The translations under genes were made by a program, and so were the position numbers. A stretch of DNA of 64,000 nt from Hemiscyllium ocellatum (lineage: Eukaryota), in the NCBI RefSeq assembly GCF_020745735.1, contig NC_083405.1, forward strand, positions 98,460,135 to 98,524,134, in the 5' to 3' direction. The first letter of the stretch is position 1. Each line of letters opens with the position of its first letter. Of the stretch, positions 48,380 to 58,426 are shown in pieces. The notes below the pieces were generated by a model. That model was not told where the DNA came from, did no database searches, and saw only the letters and a list, made by a program, of their open reading frames with translations.

Positions 48380-51300
48380 ACTTCAACGCGAGGAGCATCC
48401 GAAATAAAGTGGGTGAACTGGCAGCGTGGGTTGGTACCTGGGACTTCAATGTTGTGGCATTACGGAGACATGATAGAGCAGGGACAGGAATGGTTGTTGC
48501 AGGTTCCGGGATTCAGATGTTTCAGTAAGAACAGAGAAGCTGGTAAAAGAGGGGGAGGGAGGGACAATATTACAGTTGTAGAAAGGATGTTTGGGAACTC
48601 GTTAACTGAGGTAGTATGGGCTGAGGTTAGAAACAGGAAAGGAGAAGTCACCATGCTGGGAGTTTTCTATAGGCCTCTGAATAGTCCCAAAGATGTAGAG
48701 GAAAGGATAGCAAAGATAATTCTCGATAGGAGTGAGAGGGGCAGGGTAGTTGTCATGGGGGACTTCAACTATCCAAATATTACTGGAATCATTACAGTAC
48801 GAGTACTATAGATGGGTCAGTTTTTGCCCAGTGTGTACAGGAGGGCTTCCTGACACAGTATGTAGACAGGCCTACAAGAGGCGAAGCCACTTTAGATTTA
48901 GTACTGGGTAACGAGCCTGGCCAGGTGTTAGATTTGGAAGTAGGTGAGCACTTTGGAGACAGCGATCACAATTCTGTCAGGTTTACTTTAGTGATGGAAA
49001 GGGATAGGTGTACTCCACCGAGCAAGAGTTACAGCTGGGGGAAGGGAAATTACAATGCAATTAGGAAAGATTTAGGAAGCGTAGAATGGGGAAGGAAACT
49101 GCAGGGGATGAGCACATTAAAAATGTGGAGCTTATTCAAGGAAAAGCTCCTGTGTGTCCTAGATAAGTATGTACCTGTCAGGCAGGGAGGAAAATATAGA
49201 ACGCGTGAGCCATGGTTTACTAAGGAAGTGGAATCCCTGGTCAAGAAGAAGAAGAAGGCTTATGTTAGGACAAAATATGAAAACTCAGTTAGGGCGCTTG
49301 AGGGTTACGAGGAAGTCAGGAAAGACCTAAAAAGAGAGCTCAGAAGAGCCAGGAGGAGACATGAGAAGTTGTTGGCGGATAGGATCAGGGTTAACCCTAA
49401 GGCTTTCCATCGGTATGTCAGGAATAAAAGAATGATGAGAGTTAAGTTAGGGCCAATCAAGGATAATAGTGGGAAGTTGTGTGTGGAGTCAGAGGAGATA
49501 GGGGAAGCACTAAATAAATATTTCTCGACAGTTTTCACTATAGAAAATGAAAATGTTGGCGAGGAAGATACAGAGATACTTGCATCTAGATTAGAAGAGA
49601 TTGAGGTTCACAAGGAAGAGGTATAAGAAATACTGCAGAGTGTTAAAATAGACAAGTCCCCTGGGCCGGATGGGATCTACCCTAGGATCCTCTGGGAAGC
49701 AAAGGAAGAGATTGTCGAGCCTTTGGTATTGATCTTCAAATCATCATTGTCTACAGGAATAGTGCCTGAGGACTGGAGGATAGCAAATGTGGTTCCCTTG
49801 TTCAAAAAGGGTAATAGAGACAACCCTGGTAGTTACAGACCAGTGAGTCTCACTTCAGTTGTTGGTAAAGTGTTGGAAAAAGTTTTATAAGAGATAGGAT
49901 TTATAACCATCTAGAAAAGAATAATCTGATCAGAGACAGTCAGCACGGTTTTGTGAAAGGTTTTGTGCCTAATGAATCTTATTGACTTTTTTGACAAAGT
50001 GACCAAACAGGTAGGTGAGAGTAAACGGGTTGATATGGTGTATATGGATTTCAGCAAGGTGTTTGATAAGGCTCCCCACAGTAGGTTATTATACAAAATG
50101 CGGAGGAATGGGATTGTGGGAGACATAGTAATTGGCTTGCTGAAAGAAAACAGAGGGCTGTAGTTGATGGAACATGTTCATCTTGGTGTCCAGTTACTAG
50201 CGGCATACCGCAAGGGTTGGTGTTAGGTCCACTGCTGTTCATCACTTTTATAAATGACCTGGATGAGGGCTTAGAAGGGTGGGTTAGTAAACTTGTGGAC
50301 GACACTAAGGTTGGAAGAGTTATGGATAGTGACAAAAGATGTAGTAGGTTACAGAGAGACATAGATAGGATGCAGAGCTGGACTGAGAGGTGGCAAATGG
50401 ACAATAGACAATAGGTGCATGAGTAGGCCATTCTGCCCTTCGAGCCTGCACCACTATTCAATGTGATCATGGTTGATCATCCTTAATCAGTATCCTGTTC
50501 CTGCCTTATCTCCATCTCCTTGATTCCACTATCCTGGAGAGCTCTATCCAATTCTTTCTTAAATGAATCCAGAGACTGGGCCTCCACTGCCCTCTGGGGT
50601 AGAGCATTCTACACAGCCACCACTGTCTGGGTGAAGAAGTTTCTCCTCATCTCTGTCCTAAATGGTCTATCCCATATTTTTAAGTTGTGTCCTCTAGTTC
50701 GTCATTCACCCATCAGCAGAAACATGATTCCTGCCTCAAGAGTGTCCAATCCTTTAATAATCTTATATGTCTCAATAAGATCCCCTCTCACTCTTCTAAA
50801 CTCAAGAGTATACAAGCCCAGTCGCTCCAGTCTTTCAGCGTAAGGTAGTCCCACCATTCCAGGAATTGACCTCGCTGCACTCCCTCAATAGCCAGAATGT
50901 CTTTCCTCAAATTTGGAGACCAGAACTGCACACAGTACTCGAGGTGTGGTCTCACCAGGGCCCTGTACAACTGCAGAAGAACCTCTTTGCTTCTATACTC
51001 AATCCGTCTTGTTATGAAGGACAGCATAGTATTAGCCTTGTTAGTTTAATGTGGACAAGTGTGAGGTGATACACTTTGGACGGAGTAATCGGAATGCAAA
51101 GTACTGGGCTAATGGTAAGATTCTTGGGAGTGCAGATGAGCAGAGAGATCTCAGTGTCCATGTATATAGATCCCTGAAAGTTGCCACCCAGATTGACAGG
51201 GTTATTAAGAAGGCATACATTGTTTTGTCCTTTATTAATAGAGGGATTGAGTTCCGGAACCAGGAGGTTATGCTGCAGCTGTACAAAGCTCTGGTACGGC

Positions 51301-51838
51301 CACATTTGGCGTATTGTGTACAGTTCTGGTCACCGCATTATAAGAAGGATGTGGAAGCTTTGGAAAGGGTGCAGAGGAGATTTACTAGGATGTTGCCTGG
51401 TATGGAAGGAGTGTCTTATGAGGAAAGGCTGAGGGCCTTGAGGCTGTTCTCGTTAGAGAGAAGAAGGTTGAGAGGTGACTTAATAGAGACATACAAGATA
51501 ATCAGAGGGTTAGATAGGGTGGACAGGGAGAGCCTTTTTCCAAGTATGGGAACGGCAAACACGAGAGGACACAACTTTAAAGTGAGGTGAGATAGGTATA
51601 AGACAGATGTCAGAGGTAGTTTCTTTACTCAGAGAATAGTAAGGGTATGGAATGCTTTGCCTGCAATGGTAGTAGATTCGCCAAGTTTAAGTGCATTTAA
51701 GTCGTCATTGGACAGGTATATGGACATACATGGAATAGTGTAAGTGGGATGGGCTTCAGGTTAGTATGACAGGGTGGCGCAACATCGAGGGCTGAAGAGC
51801 CTGTACTGCGCTGTAATGTTCTATGTTCTATATGTTCC
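48380..51838 (+). mobile_element. CR1 LINE ORF2 (APE+RT) to tail, nested in an older CR1 (~48090-48378 and ~51840-52440)
   Basis: NARSIRNK, GVFYRP, MGDFNYP, GDSDHN, DFSKVFDKAPH, VDDTKVG, LVRPHL; (ttctatg)n tail. Confidence 0.94.
50402..51042 (-). mobile_element. CR1 3' fragment of a different subfamily inserted in the 48380 CR1
   Basis: acaatagacaataggtgc tail; LVRPHLEYCVQFWSPNLRK; host resumes tggcaaatgg|agtttaatgtggac. Confidence 0.9.
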
Positions 51839-53161
51839 ATGTTTTCAAGGGAATGTATGGAGTTTGTGGATTGATAAAGTGAGTGGGCAAAAATCTGGCA
51901 ACTAGAGTATGATATGGAAAATGTGCTGTTGGTCACTTTGGCAGGAAGAATAAAGAAACGAAGTATTACCTGAGCAGAGACCAATTGCTGTATTCTGAGC
52001 TGCAGAGCGATATATGTGTTCTACTGCACAGTAAATAATTAAGGTAGCTAGTAGAAATACTGTCTTATTTTGAAAAAGAAATTGAATAATAACCTTCAGC
52101 TATAGAGGGCATTGGTAAGACAACATCTCTAATTCTTTGTGCAATTTTGGTTTCCTTATTTAAGAAAAGATGTAAATATGTTAGGGAGAGTTCAAAAGGG
52201 TTGATTGATACCTTAATTGAGCAGGTTGTCTTATGAGTAAAAGTTAGATTAAAACTGGCTTGTGCCCACTGGAGGTTAGAAGAGATGGGAGTGATTTGAT
52301 TGAAATGTATAAGATTCTGAATGATCTCAACAAGGCGGATTTGGAGATAACACAAGCAGATCAGCCATGATCTTACTGATTGCCGGAACAGACTCAAAGG
52401 CCCAATAGCCGCCTTCTGCTCCTAATTTGTATGTTCCTCTGTTCATAAAACACACGTACATAAATCTTGAATGTAAAATCCAAATTGTCTTACCTGCTAA
52501 CATGAAAAGTCAGAGCTTATGTACTGATGTGTCAATGTTTGCAGACACATATTGCAGTATGCATTCGTCTGATACTGTATCAAATGAAAATGTAAACTGA
52601 TTTTACAGCCAATGATTTGCAAATTATAAACTGATTATCATCAAAAATTAATTAAGACATTTTTTCCAAATGGCATCATAAAATATATTTGATTTGAGGA
52701 GGTCCTGCTGCCTCATTTTATACATCAGGCAGTTGAGGGTACAATAACAAGATAATATCACTATCACATTGATCACTAAAGATGATCTAGAGAGAATGAA
52801 AACTGGGTAAATTAGCCTTGCTACAAATGCAGTAAAATTGGTGCCAGAGAAACACAGAAAGGTGTTATCTTCCTTTGAATTTTATCCCTCCCTGTCCCTT
52901 TCCTCATCCTCATCATGTCAAACATTTATTCAGTTCCAGCTAATAGGGTGCGCTGGGTTAGACTTGCATCCTCTCAGTTGTTAACCTCATTCTGACACTG
53001 AAATAAATAAGGTATATTGTCCTCTAATTTCAGTGTGTTTTTGTAGAAAAATACATTTTTATTTTATTTGAGGTGTACTTCTAAATTGCACCAAATAAAT
53101 CCTCCTTGTTTATTGATATTCTGCCTGACTAAAAGTAATTTTTTTCTGATTTGACATTAAG

Positions 53162-53253
53162 CTATTCCTCAACCGAATGGACATCCAGGAAAACCCCAGA
53201 AAGCACTGAATCCAGTCAGTCCTGCATTTCCTGAATCCCGGAAAAATGCACAG
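53162..53253 (+). CDS. APBB1IP: APBB1IP penultimate coding exon ((A)IPQPNGHPGKPQKALNPVSPAFPESRKNAQ); 3' end may extend to 53262 or 53274
   Basis: ttgacattaAG acceptor, CAG|GTaagc donor; 92 nt (phase 1 to 0) exactly bridges the neighbouring exons; QPNG motif as in RIAM. Confidence 0.8.
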
Positions 53254-53682
53254 GTAAGCAAAGTGAAAATTGAAGTAAGCTGGGGTATTATTTCTGTGAA
53301 ATCTTTAGCAACTAGTAAATGTATGAATTTTCCCCAAATGTTTGACTATCGTGTCTCCTGTATCACAGATACTGGTTTATGTTTAGCTGGCTGGATTAGC
53401 TACAATGGGATAGAGTCAGCTCTGGTATACCGCAATAGCTCCATTCTTGTGCGATCTCATGTTCTAAGAAAGTCGCGTAATAGCTGCACCATTTAAACTA
53501 ATGGGGCCAGATCACGTCATGGCCAATATATGTAAGGAAAGTTCGCATTCTACAAGTAACGGTCTAAGTTTTTCAATCAAGTGCATTAAAGCTAATTCAG
53601 GTTGAAAACCACGTGTTATAGTAGAACCAACTCTTCAATATAAAAGATTTCTCAGAAGCTAACTTTACTCCTTGCTACTTTA

Positions 53683-55440
53683 TAGAGTCATAGAGTCGTA
53701 GAGATGTACAGCACAGAAACAGACCCTTCAGCCCAATTCGCCCATGATGACTTGATATCCTAAACTAATCTAGTCCCATTTGCCAGCACTTGGCCTATAT
53801 CACTGCAAACCCATCCTATTCATATACGCATCCAAATGCCTTTAAAATGTTGTAATCAATCCAGCATCTACCACTTCCTCTGGCAGTTCATTCCACACAT
53901 GCACCACTCTCTGCATGAAAAGGTTGCCTCTTAGGGACCCTTTCCTCTCTCATCCTAAACTTAAGCACTCTAGTTCTGGATTCCCCCACCCCATGAAAAA
54001 TACCTTATCCATTTATCCTATCCATGCCCCTCATGATTTTATAAATCTCTATAAGGTCGCCCCTCAGCCTCTGATGCTCCAGGGAAAACATCCCTAGCCT
54101 ATTCAACCTCTCCCTGTAGCTCAATCCTCCAACCCTGGCAACATCCTTGTAAATCTTCTCTGGACCCTTTTAAGTTTCACAACATCCCTTCCTAGAGGAA
54201 GAAGACCAGAATTGCACACAGCATTCCAAAACTAGCCTAACCAATGGTCTGTACAGTCGCACATGACCTCCCAACACCTGTACTCAATGTTCTGACCAAT
54301 AAAGGAAAGCATACCAAATGTTTTCTTCACTATCCTATCTACCTGTGACACCACTTTCAAGGAACTATGAACCTACACTCCAAGGTCTCTTTATTCAGCA
54401 ACATTCCCCAGGACCCTACCATTAAGTGCATAAGTCCTGCTAAGATCTGCCTTTCCAAAATGCAGCACCTCATATTTATCTAAATTAAATTCCATCTGCT
54501 ACTCCTTGGCCCATTGACCCATCTGATCAAGATCCCATTGTACTCTGAAGTAACCTTCTTTGCTGTCCACTACAGCTCCAAATTTGGTGTCATCTGCAAA
54601 CTTGCTAACTATGCCTCCTATGTTGACATCCAAATCATTGATATAAATGATGAAAAGCAGTGGACCCAGCACTGATCCTTGTGGCACACCACTGGTCACA
54701 GGCCTCCATTCTGAAACGCAAACCTTCACCACCAGTCTCTGTCTTTTACTTTCGAGCCAATTCTGCATCCAAGAGACTAGTTCTCCCTGTATTACATGTG
54801 ATCTAACCTTGCTAACCAGCCTCCCATGAGGAACCTTGTTAAACACCTTGCTGAAGTCCGTATAGATTACAGCCGAAAATGTGTTGGTGGAAAAGCGCAG
54901 CAGGTCAGGCAGCATCCAAAGAGCAGGAGAATCGACGTTTCGGGCACGAGCCCTTCTTATATTGCAGATATATTCTTCAGTAACACTAAATCTCTCCTTA
55001 AACTCCCACATCCGACAAGGAGAGCAGATCACTCTACTAAGGGCCATTTTTGCTTCTTTTAATCTGCAGACCCAGAAAATAGCACTGTCTTATTCCTCTA
55101 CAAAACATTGCTCTAGGTTAACTTAATACTTATGGCTTATATTTTTAAGTTTAATCAAGAGACATATCTCAATAAAACATATAATCGAGAAAGAATCCAT
55201 TCTACGCACTACTGTAGACTTACAGCAAGGCCACACTCAAAACTATTCACTTAACTATTTCTGTGCTGTGACCTCTCCCAAACAGGTTCCTCCAAGATTA
55301 GTTGTGAATTTCACTGTTTGTTAATTTTCCCAGACGGACTCCGATGTCCAGCGACACATGAATTCAAACAGCACAGGCAGCAACTGTGCAGGTTGACCTG
55401 CTGTGTCAGTTAACAGTGTCGGTTAGTCTGATGAGATCAG
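53683..55440 (-). mobile_element. CR1 3' part (53683-54870), family B pLTR fragment (~54873-54958) and CR1 5' end with ORF1 start (~54960-55440)
   Basis: DFSKVFNKVPHGRL...FADD; ORF1 N-terminal Cys motif MALSRVICSPCRMWE...YICN. Confidence 0.85.
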
Positions 55441-55560
55441 TAAAATGTGGGCAGCAACTGGAAATATTAACCAACAAAAACAAGGAAGATTCAGTGCTTG
55501 TAACATGAATATTCTTTTTTAATACTGATCAACATATTAATATTTATTTTCAATTCGAAG

Positions 55561-56157
55561 GAGAAGACAACTTATAAAACTGATACCAACCTGCCACCGC
55601 CACCTCCTCACCTTGGATATCAAGAATCCTCGCAGATTGAAGAAGAGGAGCTACCACCGCCACCCCCATCCTTTGAACCTCCCCCTCCACTTTTTCAGCC
55701 TCCTCAAGAGCCAGCCATGCAAAAGCCAGGACCTCCTGCACCACCCACCCGTCACTTCCCATCTACAACATCTGCAGTACCGCCTCCTACTGCAATCAAA
55801 CGGAGAAATTCAGGTGCAGCTAGCCAACTAAAGCCAACTGCACACATTGCAGAGTTACCCCCTCCCCCTCCAGATCCAGAATATTTTCCAGAACCACCAC
55901 CTGATTTTCTGCCACCTCCTCCTCCATGCTTCAGCAACAATTCTGGGGGAGCGCCACCGCCACCACCTCCTCCGCCGCCTTTTGCTTCTAATCCCACTAT
56001 CAGTGCTGTGAAAAAGCCAGTTGTGCCAAAGAGGAGTGAGAATACGACAGTGACCTCCACCAACAGACCTGGAGGAGGTGGTTCCTCAGACAAGCCAGAC
56101 CTTATGTCAGATCTCATGAAGGCCCTACAGAAGAAAAGAGCTGCACTAAATGAATGA
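55561..56157 (+). CDS. APBB1IP: APBB1IP terminal coding exon, proline-rich tail with LPPPP/FLPPPP EVH1-type motifs, ending DLMSDLMKALQKKRAALNE*
   Basis: tttattttcaattcgaAG acceptor; 597 nt open frame containing ORF 55717-56157; the C-terminus matches RIAM DFMSDLMKALQKKR and distinguishes it from RAPH1/GRB7-family paralogues. Confidence 0.93.
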   Translation, partial: EKTTYKTDTNLPPPPPHLGYQESSQIEEEELPPPPPSFEPPPPLFQPPQEPAMQKPGPPAPPTRHFPSTTSAVPPPTAIKRRNSGAASQLKPTAHIAELPPPPPDPEYFPEPPPDFLPPPPPCFSNNSGGAPPPPPPPPPFASNPTISAVKKPVVPKRSENTTVTSTNRPGGGGSSDKPDLMSDLMKALQKKRAALNE

Positions 56158-56664
56158 GCACAGGCAACTGAATCAAAGATTTGTGTCCATAGGTACTTTA
56201 CAGTTTATGTGACACTAAACCATTTACCAAAAACAGCTTGAATAGACTCATACTGGCAAGTAGTCTGATCTGCACCAGTAAAGAAGCAGTATTTGAACAC
56301 AGTTGGTCAGGCATCTACAGGTGTGGAAAGAAGCAATATATTGCAAGTGTTACATTATCAAAGAGAATATTGATGTTTATACAGCCGATGTTAATTTTTC
56401 CATAACTGTACATATGCATTTCTTAGTATGGTTTTACATGTGTATTCATGTTTCTTAACAGTGAATTTAAGTTCTTTTGATACTAATGTGATATGGCATT
56501 GATCAAGAGAGACCAGGAAACCTGTACTGTTTTACATGAATTTGGGTAGCCTGATGTTGAAGTCATTCAATATGATCTCCATGTTAGAGGGATATGAAAC
56601 AACCAAAGCTTCCACTTCTGGTTGCCTTCTCACTGCAAAATAGGTATGTTCAGAGGTACCCAAA

Positions 56665-56670
56665 AATAAA
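56665..56670 (+). promoter_or_regulatory. Candidate polyadenylation signal for APBB1IP (3'UTR ~56158-56690)
   Basis: First AATAAA I found after the stop codon, just before repeat sequence resumes at ~56720. Confidence 0.45.
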
Positions 56671-57835
56671 GTATCAATCTGACAAAGCTTATGTGTCAAA
56701 CTGCGGAAAGAGCAATTGTTACATAGAATTTAGCAATTCCACAACCGCCAGATCAGATCTGAGCTCTACCGCCCATCACATCCAGCAATGAACAGGTAGA
56801 CAATTAAACAACTAACACCAGGGGAGGCTCAGAAATAGTCACAACAGTGAGGGAGCCCAGCACATTAGTTCCACAGATAATGCTGAACATTCACAACAAT
56901 CTTCAACCAAAAGTGCTGAGTGGATTACCCATCCTGGCCTCTGCCAAAGGTCCCAGCATCACAGCTTCCAGTTTTCAGCCAATTCAATGCACTTCGTGTG
57001 ATATCAAGGAATGGCTGAGATACAAGACACTGCAAAGGCTTTGGAACCTGACAACATTCCAGAATAGTACTAAAGATTTGTACTCCAGAATTTGCTGTTG
57101 CCCTAGCCAAGCTGTTCCAGTAGTTACAACACCGGCATTTACCCAATAATGTGCAAGGTATGTTCTGTACACACATGTAGGATGAATTCAACACTGCCAA
57201 TTTTCTGCCCCATCAGTCCACCCTCAATCATCAGTAAAGTGATTGAAGGAGTCATCGAAAGTGCGTGCTCACTGATGTTCAGTTTGCCTTATTGGTTCAA
57301 ACATGGACAAACGAGCTACATTCCAGAAGTGAAGTGAGTGTGACTGCCCTTGACATCAATGCCACGTTTGTCCAAATGTGGTATCAGTTATCCCCAACAA
57401 AACTGAAGTCAATGGAAATCGGGGAGAAACTGTCCACTGTTTGCATCCAGGCTGAGCACAAAGGAAGATGATTGTAGCTGTTGAAAGCCAATCACCTCAT
57501 CCCAAGATACCTCTATAGGAGTTCCTCAGAGGAGTGTTTGAGGCTCAACCATCTTCAACTGCTTCATCGATGACTTTCTCTTCATAAGTTCAGAAGTGGG
57601 GATATTCACCAAAAATTGCATAACGTTCAGCACCATTCCCAACTCCTCAAATACTGAAGCAGTCCACATTGAAATGCAGCAAGACCTAACTTAGGATGTT
57701 GTAGGATTGTGTTCAAATAATGACAGAAATCAGTGAGTGGCAAAAATAGCCTCTTTTTTCAGGATCCACAGTAGCACAGTTTGAGGCAGCAATGGAATCT
57801 CAAAGTACAGTTCTTACAGTAGCCTCTTTATAGAC

Positions 57836-58043
57836 TTCAAAATCACACAACACCAGGTTAGAGTCCAACAGGTTTAATTGGAAGCACACTAGCTTTCGGA
57901 GCGTCGCTCCTCACTATCACCTGATGAAGGAGAGATGCTCTGAAAGCTCGTGCTTCCAATTAAACCTGTTGGACTATAATCTGCTGTTGTGTGATTTTTA
58001 ACTTTGTACACCCCAGTCCAACACCGGCATCTCCAAATCATGA
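57836..58043. mobile_element. Short family A pLTR fold-back insertion
   Basis: Arms 57839-57911 and ~57928-57999; TSD ctcttt(a/g)tagac at 57824-57835 and 58044-58055. Confidence 0.9.
57918..57952 (+). ncRNA. Minimal type I hammerhead ribozyme motif, core intact
   Basis: CAC-CUGAUGA-A-GGAG AGAUG CUCU-GAA-AGCU-C|GUG: stem I CAC/GUG, stem II, palindromic stem III, CUC cleavage triplet. Confidence 0.72.
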
Positions 58044-58134
58044 CTCTTTGTAGACAGTTCTTAAAGTTCTAGCATTATAGTGTTACATAGTTTTATCTAT
58101 TTACACAAAGAAAGTTTGCATGACATTTGTCCAG

Positions 58135-58426
58135 GGATAGTGAGGACTGCAGATGCTGGAATGTTAGATTTGATAAAATGTGGAGCTGGAAAAAGCACAG
58201 CAGGTCAAGCAGCATCAGAGGAGCAGGAGAGTCGACATTTTGGGCAGGACGCTTAATATGCATTTGACAGATATGTACTAGTTGAAGGAACAGTTTGATG
58301 TTCTGTAACTAATCAGGTCCCTGATAATGAGTCCTGCCCGAAATGTCGACATTCCTGCTCCTCTGATGCTGCTTGACCTGCTGTGCTTTATCCAGCTCCA
58401 CATTTTATCAAATCTATCCTGGCAAA
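58135..58426. mobile_element. Family B pLTR fold-back with non-element DNA in the loop
   Basis: Arms 58165-58250 and 58331-58416 are nearly perfect reverse complements. Confidence 0.88.

Noticed and set aside
55752-56117. Gly-rich minus-strand ORF
   Set aside because: Antisense shadow of the Pro-rich APBB1IP exon.
2617-56157. RAPH1/lamellipodin or GRB7/10/14 identity
   Set aside because: No SH2 exons; the short Pro-rich tail, AGLASRWTN and the MSDLMKALQKKR terminus fit APBB1IP.
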